A stretch of 60,680 nucleotides of DNA, counting the filler, from Sphacelaria rigidula (Eukaryota), in the NCBI GenBank assembly GCA_964200075.2. It is 8 parts of 8 records of this genome, joined end to end, with 100 filler letters (N's around TTAATTAATTAA, not from the genome) between each part and the next. Parts side by side here need not be neighbours in the genome. Positions count along the whole stretch, not along the records: positions 1 to 7,498 come from CAXNAA020014639.1; positions 7,599 to 15,096 come from CAXNAA020014640.1; 6 more parts are not named here. One strand, written 5' to 3'. Both the position numbers and the translations under genes were made by a program. The notes below the pieces were generated by a model. That model worked only from the letters and a program-made list of their open reading frames with translations, was not told where the DNA came from and made no database searches. This document shows positions 1-13,626 of this stretch, piece after piece (position 1 is the first letter of the stretch; the number at the start of each line of letters is the position of its first letter).

Positions 1-15
1 TGTGGGGAAAGCACT

Positions 16-70
16 GTTTAGGCTTGAACCTCATCTCGGAGTTAAACCTCAATTCGCACAATTTGTTGTT
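16..70 (+). repeat. Terminus of a young high-copy repeat, probably a non-LTR retroelement 3' end with a short (GTT)n tail; second copy at 22795-22850
   Basis: TTTAGGCTTGAACCTCATCTCGGAGTTAAACCTCAATTCGCACAATTTGTTGTT is identical at the start of contigs 1 and 4; the sequences diverge immediately after TTGTTGTT. Confidence 0.7.
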
Positions 71-280
71 ACTATCTTCCCGTGTGCACATGCCGTTGAA
101 AGGGTTTCGTACGTATCAGACTATCTTCACGTTCTCCAAAACCTTTCTACGCAGCCTATGCTCGTCGGACCGCTGTAATGCATGACAGGACCACATGCTT
201 AGAGGACCGCATCGTAGCTCGAAACACCTTAGGGTCAACGTTTTCCAAAACCAATCGGGCCAGTCCCTGCAGGGATTACG

Positions 281-330
281 CCCCGAAACCCAACCTCAAC
301 ACTAACCCTAACCCTAGCCCTAACCCTAGG
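281..330 (+). repeat. Degenerate interstitial (CCCTAA)n-like microsatellite
   Basis: CCCCGAAACCCAACCTCAACACTAACCCTAACCCTAGCCCTAACCCTAG. Confidence 0.65.
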
Positions 331-2147
331 GATGTTCAAATTCCGATGCGGCTTCTAAACACGCGATCCTCTCACGCATTACACCGCATTCGCAAACTGA
401 AATCTTCATGTATCTGCCTCTCACACCAAGCCATTTCGGGTTGCAGCTCGCCGGAACCTGCACGTATCGACATTTGAAATGGCCGCGGTTCACAACCTAT
501 TTCCGATATGCTCCTATGTAAAAACACCAGTCGAGATCATCCACCGTTCAGCATAGCACATCTAATTCAGTCAACGCGCTGCACGCCCCTTTCTGTACCG
601 TGACGGGACTACGCCAAGTAGCACTCCCGCGGGGGCAACTTCTTCCCAACCCTAACTCGACATTGATGACAGCTAGACTGTGTTCGAGAAAGCGTTTTCT
701 CGCGCGCCGCGCTTTCCTGATGACCTCTCCTCCTTCTCGGCGTTGCGGTGTCCGTGATGAACGATCCCGGTCCCCATCACCGATTTTCGCCTACCCTCGC
801 CTCCTCTTCTTTCCCTTCCCATTATCGGACCAGGTCGTGGGCAGCTTCGTCTTTTTAACCGCGGCTGCTTTTGGTCTCGCAGTGAGTCTGATACCCGCGC
901 CGGAGTCGCCCTACAGTTTCCGTGGCATCTTGCCCGGGCAGGAACTGCTGTAGGCCCGTCGGATGACGTCATTCCAAATTGGCATGGTGTCTCGACCTCC
1001 AAAACAGGGAAGCAGCTGCCGGGGTGTATTTTTCACGGTGAGTCCCACCTTCATATCCATGAAGTACCACAGTGCTCACCGATCTTCTCGCTGCAGCAGG
1101 TCAAGAAAGAAAGAAAAAAACAAGAAACAAAAAACCAGGTAATCAAATAATCAAAAATATATATAGGAATGGAGGATAATCAAAACGAAAAGTAAAGACA
1201 GTACTACCATGATGAATAAATTACGCAAAAACCAACCATCACTGCGGTTTGCTATTTTGAGATTACTAACGCTCACCACGGTATCCGGCCATTATGTTAA
1301 TTTACGATAATGCTCGATGGTTACTCATCACCCTAGTACCCATCGGTGAAGTAAACAACTATTTTCGCGAGATTATCTTCCATGTTTAGTTTACTGTATC
1401 GCAGACTATTAATAGAGAATATATCATGTTTAGAGAATCGATCCCAAAGCAAAATATTTGGAACACTGTACACACTACCACCGAACAGGCTCATCGTGAG
1501 TCGCTTCCCGTACTACCGATTTACACAAGCTTCGACGTCGGTTGTGTGTGTATATGCCTTTATGTATTTCACTTTGGCCCAATGTTGCCACATGAGATTG
1601 CCTTGGGTGGGGATCGTCTCCAACCACAATCATCAAATAAGGCCAAACCATACCACAGCAGCATGCAGGTGTTTACAACAAGTGAGAATTTGGTAGCTTT
1701 GGATATTGCACCACTTTTCACATCGATAAGATACCGAGCTGTTCTCAGCGTTCAATGTCAACAAATTTCGATACTATTCGATAAATTTCGGCAGAGCCGA
1801 AGTGCGAGCACTCAAGCGCGCTCGCGCAGTGCGCGAATGAGCGTACCCAAGTCCGTTCGCTGTTCAAGTCCCAAACGCCCCCCCTCCCGGGGCTGGCTAG
1901 GGGGCCCCGCGCGGGGCGCCATCGGAGGCAAGAAAATGAGGCCACTTGGGATAATCTTCCATCACAACTGGTCTGTGTGTTGCATTGCAGGAGAAATAAA
2001 CGTGTCTGAGTTCGACCAAAATTAGCAGTCATCACTAGGGCAAATCAAAACAAGCATAACCAAAAGCAGGTTCGAACAAAGAAGCATCACCAGCCCCACT
2101 CCGAAAATTTCCAGCAGAGTCAGGGGCATCAAACACGGGGTTTCACC

Positions 2148-2528
2148 AATCGCGGATGGATTTGGCTTCGAGGATGAGTCCTGGGAACCCTTGTAGGAAT
2201 CGAAATATTTTTCAAAATGATGGTACACCCACTCTACGGCCGTGATGTGTGGCCTCGTCCATCCTACGAAACAAATCCGTCCGCAATGCGTAAAACCTTG
2301 TGCTAGCACGGGATTGTGAAAAATGGAAACAACCCACTCGTACGTGGCACAAACCTAGGTCGAAATTGTTCGGAATCACCCCGGGATTTTCCAATTTTCT
2401 TCTGTCTTCAAAGGAGCGAAGCCACACATCACGGCCAGATAACGCATTTCCCTTTCCCCCCGACATTGAAAAATTCTCGTTTGTGAACGTCCCCTAGACT
2501 CATCCTCATAAGAAATCCATCAGCAATG
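2148..2528. mobile_element. Degenerate fold-back / MITE-like element
   Basis: GATGGATTT..GAGGATGAGTC..TTTTTCAA..GGCCGTGATGTGTGGC on the left is mirrored by GCCACACATCACGGCC..TTGAAAAA..GACTCATCCTC..AAATCCATC on the right. Confidence 0.55.
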
Positions 2529-3552
2529 TGTAGTATTTCGCGTTGTAACAAGAATAAACGACCACATGCCACCACATGTACATCTATTTCAAGTAGAAGG
2601 TCAACACAAAAGGTCAGTGGAGGGATGAACGTACCCCGGTCACTTTTGCATTGAAAGAAATATACGATTATTGTGCCCAATTGCCCTGGTTTCTTCACTC
2701 TAAATAGATTGCTCGAACATACACTACGCACACCCGGAGATATCAGCAAGAAGTCAAGCGCGAAAGAAAGGACATACATGGAGCCACTTCTTATGGCGAA
2801 CGTGAAAATCTAGAAAATGATTTTTCGGAGCTTCCACATCGTTTTACGCCCTATGAGACAGCTAGGCGGATTTTGACACCTCCGAATGCCTTGATGTACT
2901 CGTTGAGACGGCTTTGTGTAGCCGCAGGTGTTTTGGGCCAAACCCACATTTCTCTCGGAGACCGCTCATTTATACTCTCGAGACCGATCAAGTCGAGACA
3001 AATTCCGACGTGAACGGTCTCAGAGCACAATGAGCAGTCTCCGACAGAATGTCAGGTTGGCCAAAAAACTGCGCGCCACCGGGTGAACACACAGGTGTGC
3101 TCGAGCCCTCTCAACGAGCACGGCAAGGCATTCCAAGGTTTCAAGATCCGCCTTGCTCTCCGTTAGAGCGTAAAATGACATGAAAGCTTCGAAAGGCACT
3201 TGTTCAGACTTCAATTTTTGTTCGCCACATGCAGCGGCCTGAAAGCGAGAAGTTGAAGAGGGAAAGAAAAGAGGCATACAAAGCGCATATTACCGAGAGC
3301 AGAGTTGTGACAATGTATCACTCGAAGGTGGCATGATGAACGAGCAGAAACGCGTCCTTCGAACATATGATTGCCCGACGCTAGGAGCTGAAAACGCAAA
3401 GCCGAAAAACATAATGAGAAATGACCCAGCAATCACACGTCACCAGCAATATGTTGAAAAACACTTGAAAATATCTCACAATTCAGCTAAAAAGACAGCA
3501 CTTGTCGAATAATATCGTATTGGATCGGACTCATCGTTATCGTTATCTGAAA

Positions 3553-4009
3553 AGGTTCGGCTAGCTTCCACATGACTCTTCGTCACTGACTGTGGGCGAA
3601 GTCTTTCTGCGTTTGAAGACATGTTAACATGTTCTCAAACTGAAAATATCCCCATAGTCCCATAACCGCTGCGAAAAGCTGAAAGAAGGCGCTGTCCTCG
3701 GCTAGGGAGTGCACCCGTTCGTGTTCGGCACAGAAACGTTGTTGCTGGGAACGTTTCATAGATGCGAATAGGTTCGGCTAGCTTCCAAGGAGAGCAGCTG
3801 AAAGAAGCCCACACGATTCTGTGTCATTGACCGCAGGCAAAGTCTTTCTGCGTTTGAAGACATATTAATATACTCTCAAACTGAAACTATCTTCATAGCC
3901 TCATAACCGCTGCGAAAAGCTGAAAGAAGGCGCTGTCCTCGGCTAGTGAGTGCACCCGTTCGTGTTCGGCATAGAAATTTTGTTGCTGGGAACGTTTCAT
4001 AGATGCGAA
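3553..4009. repeat. Local tandem duplication, two diverged copies (~3553-3769 and ~3770-4009)
   Basis: Both copies start AGGTTCGGCTAGCTTCCA and share CATAACCGCTGCGAAAAGCTGAAAGAAGGCGCTGTCCTCGGCTAG...GGGAACGTTTCATAGATGCGAA. Confidence 0.9.
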
Positions 4010-7000
4010 GATGTAAAGTTCCATTCACACAAAACTACCAGTCCTTGGCAACTTTCCCTGGAGCTTGAAGAAAGTGTAGTGGCGTTTTCTCAACGCCTGA
4101 CAAAAGCCATGGAAATCGCCCTCTGTTCGCGCTGGATCTCATGTCCAATACTGTATTCCGTGCTACTGCCATAACAGGGCTGCGCGTGCTGTTTCGACTC
4201 CATAGGCACAATAGTATAGTTCTTTTCTGCTTGAAAGTGCAATAAACTGCCCGCTACAACTAGTCCGTGTGGATCAGACAACTCTGCAAAATATGGGAAT
4301 CCCTGCCTCTAACCAACAGTACTTGGTGGGAACATTCAACCTAGTCTGGTACTTTCGGTCTTCTGGGTGATGTGCACCTCTTTCACGAACTCGCCAACAG
4401 TCTGCTCAGGCAAAACAACTGGGCATGTAACGTTGCTTGCAACATGGCGAATGCACAGACAACCAACGCTGCCCTCTCAGCTTCTTTCGGTTTAGGTGTT
4501 AATCTCACCGCGGTCACAAAATGTACGTGTGTTACCTTCTGTATATTGCTAACAAAATGTAAGGCATCAAGTATTTTAAGGCATCAAGTCTGTGATTTAC
4601 TTCATTGTGAAAACGCATCCGTCCATGACTTTTCAAAACTCAGAATAGATGGATGCTGAGCTCGACGTGTCAACTCTCCGGTGTAGATGGACATACCCCT
4701 TTCGTATTTTCGGAGGGTAGTGGGGATGCCGACTTTGCTGTGGAATTTCTGGCTGCCAGTGTTCGCCGACATCACCGACCTATGGCTTATTTGGTGGACT
4801 TTCGACGGCACCATATGCATCTTGTAATGGATCTGCACCTTTGCCTTCGTCGCGGCTAACTACGAACGCGCCTAATGGGCGTCCTTCGTGGCCATACCCT
4901 TGGCGACGGCCCTTCCTCAACTCCCTTGCTTCTGCTTGTTATACTACTGTTCGGGCATCATTTCCGTGTTTTCCTTCGGTGTACGCCTTCCTCGGGTGGT
5001 GACGCTAGCCTGCGAGACGTCTACTTTTCAGACTCGCGGCGGGAATCGGCCATGATCACAAAATCAAGATGAAGTTTCACCTTGAAAGGCTAACGTTTGA
5101 GTTGAGAGTCGAACCTTCAAGTCAACGTTCAGGTGAAGGCTCGGCTTTCTCCTTGAACCTTGACGATGCTCAAGTTGAAATACTCGAGCGTTCACGTGGA
5201 ATAAGTTGAATGTTAAAAAGTTGAATGTGACAAGTCGAACGTTCAACTTGAAGGCCATGAGCCTTCCAGCTGAAATCTGAAAGTTCAAGTTGAAAGTCCA
5301 ACGTTTAACTTAAACCTTCAAGTCAAAGATCAACGCTTCAAGATGAATATTTTAACTTGCAACTCGGGCCTTCGACTTCCAAGTTGAGCCCTAATCTTGA
5401 ATTCGTGGTAGTAGCAGATATGGCGCGTGGCCTTTATCCGCGATATCATGTCCACCTGGGACATTCATGTTGTATATGAATCTGATATCAGATCCTTCTG
5501 GGATATGATCGTCGACCAGAAAATATGGACGTTCACCTGGGATGTGGATATCTTTTTGGGACATTCGCCTGGGACATCAATGTCCATCTGATACGTCAAT
5601 ATCGCAGAAGAACCTCTATATCTTACATGTACATCCTGCAGGCACGTCAACATCTCACATGTACACCCCCGATACTCCAGGTAGATATTCCAGAGCGACG
5701 TCCATATGCCAAAATGGAGGTCGCGATGATGGAAGACTGTGCTAAATGTGTACATATGACGGTTACTTTCCTGCTGTTTGTTTTTCCCATACGTGTGGCT
5801 GCCCCCCTTCCTCGGCACGAGTCCCTAGTCTGAATGGGATGAACCAGTTTCATCTCTTCCCTGGTACCTGCATGACATCCATGATCGAGCATTTGATCGA
5901 CACCTCCGCGTGTATGGAAATATCACGTCTCTCAAGTTGCGAAACGCCCGAAATTGGCACGAACTGGCCGTTGGTGTACTCCTCTAATATGATCACGGAC
6001 ACGGCGACCAAATATCGTCGTCACACGTTCGCCATGATACGAATTGGATGGACTGTGGCACCGGGGGCTGTTTTTAATCCTACTACGTATGCGCCTTCTT
6101 CTCATCAAGATTCTCCAACGGAGTGTGAGCTAGAACCCACGAAACGACAAAATCCATCCCCACGGATCCCGAAACGATGATGTTCGATAACATTGCGAAT
6201 CAGAACCCTTCGCGCGACTTGAAATATCGTCACAGGTTTCCCATGGAGGTGCGGCCGTGGTGCCTTTCCACGCAGTTGCTCGCTGAGATTGAATGGTTAG
6301 ATTAATCGATTGATTGTGCCACATGAAATGATTCCGTAGGGATGTATGTAGCCGTGGTCACAAGATAGACGTACCCGAGGTAAACCACATTGGAGTGCTT
6401 GCTGAAATAATGGGAGGAAAGAAAAAAAACAGATGAACAGAATAATCGGAGTGAACCGAAAACATAAACGAAAATACGAAACAACACAACAACAAATAAG
6501 GGCAGAAAATCGAAAAGAAAGAACCGGAGAAGAGCGAGCAAAAATAAGGAAGAGCAAAGTCCAAATGATGCCGAAATGAAACTAAAAAAGGCCGGCCCCA
6601 GCAGCATGTCTTCCGGCAGAAAAGCCGTGTGCAAACAAAAACAAAAGAGCGAAAAAGCACATGCACCCATGCACAAACCAAAACAAAATGCGGTGGGGGC
6701 AAATCGCGGCTCATCTATATCAGACCAAACTATTCGGATATGAGCTCTTGCCGACAGCACATATCGAAAAGCACTTTATTTCTGACAAGGTGTCGACAGC
6801 GCAACTCAGCAACTGCTGACGCTAATATCAAAGATTCGACCGGCAGAAACCTTGTGCGCGTACCGTAGCGTTGTGTTCACATCGTCAAAAATGAGCTTCA
6901 TTTTTGAAGACACAAACAAGGCGTGGTATATAGGGGTAACACTGCACCACCTCCCAATCTTTCACTCGACCCCAAATGAGGGGGGGTACGAGGTACGCTG

Positions 7001-7498
7001 AAACCCAGCGGTGAAGCGGCCGTGCGTAGTCGAAGCTGTTCATCTAAAGCTCTGCCTCGTGTCAAGATATGTTCGTGGGCTCGAAGCAAGGATGTGCGCT
7101 GTCTTCAAAAGGTTTTGGTACGAGTTGACCGCGAGGCGGAAATATCAAAACCATGTGGTTCATTGAACACGGTGAGGCGACTAAGTTCTGGAGTTACCTG
7201 AAAACCACGTCGCGCCCTGTTTTGACACGAGTAGTGGGACAAGATTAGTTCACCCAATGACTTGTCTACGAACGTTGGATCACTCCTACAGCCAGTAAGC
7301 AGTTTGCTTGGAGAGACCATAATAGTGTCATCATGGTGATTTTCGGCCGATGTGTAGCATACTTCCATGGAGCCAGAAGTAGGCTCTGTGTGTGTGTGTT
7401 GGGGGGGGGGGGGGGGGGGGCGGGGGGGGAGGACAAAAAAGGAAAGGTCGGCTTCCCCCACCCAACCACACCCCTCTTCATCCGCTTCTTCCCCCCCC

Positions 7499-7598
7499 NN
7501 NNNNNNNNNNNNNNNNNNNNNNNNNNNNNNNNNNNNNNNNNNTTAATTAATTAANNNNNNNNNNNNNNNNNNNNNNNNNNNNNNNNNNNNNNNNNNNN
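7499..7598. other. Artificial contig spacer N44-TTAATTAATTAA-N44, recurring at 15097-15196, 22695-22794, 30293-30392, 37890-37989, 45487-45586 and 53084-53183
   Basis: Identical 100-bp spacers with stop codons in all six frames. The contigs between them are 7498 bp (x4) then 7497 bp (x4), i.e. size-sorted concatenation. Confidence 0.98.
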
Positions 7599-10500
7599 CC
7601 CAAGGGGCCGCACCCCCCGCGGGGGTCCCCCCCCTAAAAGGCGGGGGGGGGCCACGCGGGTTCCCCGCGGGCGGGGGGGGGGGGGGGTGGAACGTTTGTT
7701 ATCCCCGGGGTCGGCGAAAGTGTGTATATCAGGCCGGTCACGGCAGAAACAAACTGCCGAATCACCTCCTCTCTCTTCTCTTCGTTGAAATTTTTGCGCT
7801 TTGGCCCCTGGGAGGCCTCTCCAGCACCAGGCATGCCTTCGCAGGGGATAGGAAGGCTTTTGAATGGTTGCTCAAAGGTGGGGCGGTGGTTTCGAGCGAC
7901 TTCGGCTGGCGGGTGAATAACTTGCCCGCGGGGGAATTTGAAAACACCAGTTCTGTGCGCACGGCGTCCGTTCGGAAGAACCAGAGAAAAAAACAGTTCC
8001 GATTTATTGTGTCAGGGGGCCGAGTTACGTATCTTTTTGTGCAAGGGCGGACATGGAATCGACGAGCAGTGTGCCTGCGCACGCTTGTCGATGGTCAGTC
8101 TTTCCCGTAAAAAAATGGAAAATCTGGACCCGCGGTCAGGCAAAACAGAACATGTTACCCTACATTTTGTTCGTACGTGGTCCGGGGCAGCTGTGTCTTC
8201 AAGGCCCAACAATTCCCGCTAGCAGCACGACCGGTACGGGGTGCTTCAGGGCCTTGGCTGAAGGGGGGAATGGTGGTTTGCATAATCTCGAAACACTAAA
8301 TGGCGTGCACTTGTAAGGACACTTGGGTCAAACACGATCATTTGCATAGACGCTTGCCGATGCTTTTTTGCGTGTGCTAACCTGTGTACTGTGCTGTTCC
8401 ATCGCCAACAACACGACGCTTTGTTTCGTCTGGGAACATCCACGTCAGCGAATTTCGAGTGTGCTCAATGAGACATCGAGATGCATTAAAACAATCAATT
8501 TATCTGACGCGCATGGCAAGCTCTCACGTGACAATCCTTCAGCCGGGCACAGGCCTCGAGTGATCGTTTGTAAACTAGACGGCAAAAGTGAACACCTCAC
8601 ACGACCATCGTTGCACCGCTTCAGGAGCATCGACGAGTGAGAAAGATATGCATGAAGTGCTGGCCATGTGGAGAACTGTCAATCACGCGTAGTGTGACTT
8701 CGAGATGTTTCTCATGTGCCTGGTAATGGCACATACAGGGAACAAGGTCTGAGAGTGAAAACCTAAAATCCTCATGCATGATTTGCCCCCATCACGAAGG
8801 CAGGGTCGATGTACGACTACAAATCACATGTGCCGTGTACGTACTGTGCGTACCAATAGAGCACATCATGCTTCAAAACGTTTGTGAACATATACCCAGT
8901 CCTACTTCTTGTCTGCCGATGACTCCGTTCAAGTACTAGGGCTACATGGTGGGGGTGGTACCTTCCGACGACTATTACAGCAGTCCCTGATACTGGTGGT
9001 GAAATGTCTAGGAGACGTATCCCGAGTTGTCTGCATCTACGACCATTCCATTATTGATTGCTGACTACTCTTTTCACGTAGTTCCCATCGCGAGACATGT
9101 TTCAGCTGCTTTTGCGGAAATACTGTGTCTGGTGTGGGGGGCATGCCAGTGAGTGAGTATGCTCCCGAAAACATGCTAAATACAAAGCGCGCTGCCACGT
9201 AAACATTCATCACTACCACTAACTCTGTCAAACAGAGAGCACAACGACACGTGCGGTGCGCGGTCCGCTTGCACCATGTAGACGGGATAGCAATACAAAA
9301 CCGCATCGAAGAAAAATCAAAAAAATGGTGGTGGGTCACGACTAGTGAACATGACAAGTAAAACAGGCCGGTTCAAGGTCAACACCCCAAACACTCACCA
9401 GCAGATTTCTTTCGCAGTACTCATCAAACATTTGCGTAGATGGCATCATACTGCCCATAGACGAATGAGTAGGGTGACATAGCCGGACTTCTGTTGAAGA
9501 CCGTAGTGGTGACGCTTGGGGGCAAATATGTGCCTCGACCAATCAGCGGCCTTCAAGTTGTTCTGAAATCAAATATGCGAATAGATTGCCCTGTGTCCAG
9601 GGTGCTTCCAATTTCCAATTATTTTGGGGTTTGTGACGTTGCAGTCTCGGATTTCGGCGGCGAAACCGGAGTAGTCTCGGCTGGTCTCTTCAACTCCAAA
9701 ATGAAGGTATACCCGTAACTTATTCATCTTGTATTTACACGCGATATCTGTCTACTCACGGTAAGTAGTGGAGGGGCTGGTGGACTCGCTACAGTACCAA
9801 AATGCTCAGGTATTATCATGCAAATGCTTGGTCGTGTCTATTTCGAATCACGTGTTATATGCTAATAAACAAAACTGCCCGTACTGCAGTATGGTTGCGT
9901 CCTTGCATTTCTTGACAGAAACTGCGCTTCCCGCGCCTCGTATACAGTTCACAGTTCATGACAACCAGAGCATGTCGGTTGTGTTTATATCATGCATGTC
10001 CGTTTTGAACTGGTACGGTATACGTTTTGGTACAGCCCGCAGCATCGGCAGTGCTCAAAACAAACCTGGTTTACCACACCTCCAAGTGCAACAACGCGGA
10101 CTCGCTGGCGTCCCTTGTGCGTGTTTTCGAATAAAGCGTGATGAAACATGAGGAGCAATACCGTGACGGGCTAACACAGGGGAGTACAACCTTGTAATAC
10201 ACAAGCGCGCTGGCACAATGTCGGCAACTCGGAAAATCACGCACGCGCCAAGGGGCCCCACATGGGGAGATCACGGCACCAGGGCCCCCCTTGTCGCCAA
10301 AACCTCATTTTGGGGCAGGAGGAGGGGTGGGGGATATCCCTACTCTGATTGGGGGTTACCCCCCCCTGATCGTCGGATGATGGCGATAGTACTTGCTGTA
10401 CTGAGATAATGAAAAAATAAATAGATAATCAACAATCAGTAATAAAAAATGAAAAACAAAAAGTAATAGAACATTCCCTTTGCAACCTATTCATGCGTCG

Positions 10501-12391
10501 CAGTGCACTATGACTACATGTAGAGATGCACGTTGAATTGACGTCTCTGTCTGCTCAAACGCGGGCAAACTACGTGATCACATAAAATTCACATTCTTTA
10601 CATATATAGAATATCATAAGATTTCCATGCCGGCTGGTAATCCCGAAGCCAGGTTACACCACTAGCACAGCAATATATTGCACAAGATATTACATATCGC
10701 CATTCGGTAGCAGCACAGAACCACTCGTCGTACATCGCTCTTCTCCGCATGGCGGCCGTACCACTGCATACGCTTGGCGAAAGTACTACGTCGGTGACCG
10801 CCGGTCTCACCGAAGCTAGCGCACTCAATACGCAATATTCAGAGATTATCGCGACTCCGAAGTCATTATCCAGCCGGCAAATTTGCTCCCCTACGGCCAC
10901 AAGAACGACTGATCCACCAAACCCCTCGGTTTTGGGCTGCTCATGTCGAGGAGGACCCAAGGTGATACGACCGATGGTTCAATTCCGTATATTTGTTGAG
11001 GAACGGGAATAATTCGTTTTTCGCACAGCTGATGTGGTCATTTCCTCACGCTCGACCCCTGGGAGGGGGGGGGGGGGGGGGGGGGGGTGTTTTTCCACTG
11101 TGTTTTTCTGTTGTGTACACTCCGGGGGCGCGGGCGGGCGTCCGCGTAAANNNNNNNNNNTGGGGGGGCGAGGATGCTTTTTTTGTCCCGCGTGGTGGGG
11201 GGGCTGTTCCCGCGGCCCCGGCGGGGGGGGGGGGGGGGGGGGGGGGGTGCCGTGATTTCCCGATGTGGAACCTGTTGCACACGCTACGAGTAGCGCGCGT
11301 GCTGCTCGAAAATAACGCAATTCGCGCGTTTCATTTTTTTCAATGCAGAGGTTAGTTACCCTCTGGGTGTGAAGGCGACACTGCGAACCAACCGCAGCGT
11401 GACGCGTTCGGCGGTACTAACTGCTCACTGCAGAGCGGCAGGGTGCAGGGTGGCAAAGCACACCACAGGACGCGACATCCTTAGCCTACCCCTGTCCTGC
11501 ATCGATTTCGCGTCGTCCTATGCAGTTCGCCACATCATGAATGCCCCCGCTCGTATCGCGGCCAACGTGTACGCAGGATATCACGCTCCGCTACACGCTA
11601 TGTTGCTATGTCACATCTTGTAAAGTTCTCCGTGTTGCAGCTACAGTGTGCGTTTGCCTCAGGTGGCGCACGCAGCAGTGAAAGGCCGCCTGCGCCGCTG
11701 TAATGGCTGCCTGTATCTTGGGCGAAGCTGTATGGTAACACGGCCGCGGCTGGTGCGCCCACATATACTGAAAGGTGGAGACCAGCGTCCAGAATAGATG
11801 GGACGACAACACACCCAGCACACTGGTGTAGAAATCTTTTGTCCTCGGTGGGGTACATTTCCATGATGCAGGGTCTGGTCCATCTTGACTTATAATGTAA
11901 CGGGGGATTTGGTACGTTTCCACCTGTGCATGTATGTAATGTTACTCAGCGATATCGAGAAAAATCCCTAATATCTGGGCGAACTGCATGTGAGGCAATC
12001 GCCGAAATATTCACCTGCTCACTCTGCTCCAGTGAACTGTAAGTTGACATCGCTAGAAGGAAACTACTGTAATCACCTTGCCGGTTGCCATACTGTAAAG
12101 ACTGTCAGGGCGTAGGATCCGCTAGTATTGCTACTGTCTGTATGGGGGTGTTGCCCCCTTGTCAGGTACGGTTTGGAGCATGATACTAGATGAGGATCAA
12201 ATTTTCTTGTACATAGCGCCGAACGCTGGGGGCTCTCATTCAAGACTTCGATTTGGAGGATGCTACTAGGTAGGCAGGGGCAACTGCTATTGGTTCAGGC
12301 GCCCCTTGTAGCGCGATGTGTTTGGTGTCTATTTGACGAAGTTATCCCCAAGAGACGAAATCGATAGGGCTTTCAGAGTGAAAAAAATCTA

Positions 12392-12470
12392 GCAAAAACA
12401 TTACTGCAAGAATCGGGTCGCAAGAATCAGGTCGCAAGAATCCTGACGCAAAAACGGAGTCGCAAAAAAA
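12392..12470 (+). repeat. 14-bp minisatellite (GCAAGAATCRGGTC-like), about 5.5 units
   Basis: gcaaaaacattact gcaagaatcgggtc gcaagaatcaggtc gcaagaatcctgac gcaaaaacggagtc gcaaaa. Confidence 0.8.
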
Positions 12471-12542
12471 TAGATAGTCGAATTTTTACCCGCAGCAGAA
12501 GCCAACCTCACTCTGTGAAATGGGAATTCTCTACCCGCCACC

Positions 12543-12850
12543 GCGACCCCATGATGCAATCGTCCGACTGTCAACATCAAGGTGGAGAAATGACGGGTTC
12601 AATTCCCGATGCCTCAAGTATTTCCCTCCATGTACCTGATTTCCACCGTAGAAAGCGAGAATATGTGAGTAAGCAAACAGCAGTTGACTGAGTCTGTTTG
12701 ACGAGAGTTGATGCCGTGTGGGAGTGCTGACCCAATTCCGCGAGATCAAAGGGCAAGGGATGCTGCACAGGAGAGAAAATGGTTGATTCCTTGAGACCAC
12801 GGACTCGTCCCGAGGAAAGGGAGGGGTTCGGAGCGCGACAACTAAAATAA
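12543..12850 (+). mobile_element. tRNA-derived SINE, family A (diverged copy)
   Basis: Aligns by eye over ~300 bp with 34678-35025 and 58162-58462; B-box-like GGTTCAATTCC. Confidence 0.75.
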
Positions 12851-13351
12851 CGTGTAAATGAATAAACCCAATTTTCGCATACTCTTCACGTACTTCGGTT
12901 CGTAGTATCCACCGTTACTATGGGATCGAATACCCAAGCCCGTCGAATCTCTACTCATGATATGAATCAAAGACCCAGGAGGCTCCTGGACGCTTTCGCT
13001 TATATCTGTCGTAAAACGGTTATGATCACCCTCAACCTTGGCAGTTCGTTGGGTATTGGTGCTCCAAATGAAAAAACGAAACAGACTGTTTAAATATATT
13101 CGAAGTTGCTCCGCTCTTACCGGCTTCCGCGGGTTCAGGCGTCGAGACCCCCGGAAGCCGGGAAAGAATACGTCAAAGCAAGAAGATGACATGTATATCA
13201 TCCCGGGGTAGTGAAAGAACTGTTTGCACAAGTTTGTTGCGAATCTCGATAAACTGATGAACAGCGGCCGTTTACACGTTGAAAAGGGCCTTCAATACTC
13301 AAATCAATCAAGATAGGAGTATATCTCCGGCACGGGACACTTCAGCGCACA

Positions 13352-13626
13352 TATCCGCAGGTTTTTGGAGTTTGACTCTGAAATTGAACACATTTACTTC
13401 ACGTCAGTACGAATTTCTGAGGACGGAGTTCACCGATTATTTCATTCGCCGGTTGACGGGGGTCCCAGAACGTCACGTGATCGCCCCATATCCCCCAGAA
13501 CCTTAGGACTCCCGAAAACCGGCGAAACGGAGAAATCAAAGGATCTCATCCTCGAAAAGGAAGTTTCGTAATGATCTGAAGTACAGATACATAATTTTTC
13601 AGAATCCAACTCTAAACCCTGCGGGA
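13352..13626. mobile_element. Degenerate fold-back element with ~115-bp inverted arms
   Basis: CCGCAGGTTTTTGGAGTTTGACTCTGAAA...TTCGCCGGTT is mirrored by AACCGGCGAA...TTTCAGAATCCAACTCTAAACCCTGCGG; the outer motif resembles the hairpin arms at 47022-47286. Confidence 0.55.

Noticed and set aside
281-330. True telomere
   Set aside because: Short, degenerate and internal to the contig.
7543-7554. TTAATTAATTAA recurring every ~7.6 kb as a biological periodic signal
   Set aside because: It is always embedded in exactly 44+44 Ns, i.e. a six-frame-stop assembly linker.
11060-11250. Pro/Gly-rich ORFs around poly-G runs (also 7400-7690)
   Set aside because: Homopolymer tracts next to N gaps; low-quality or low-complexity sequence.
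12392-12470. Short repeats as a CRISPR array or iterons
   Set aside because: The 14-bp units abut with no unique spacers, the context is eukaryotic and no cas genes are present.
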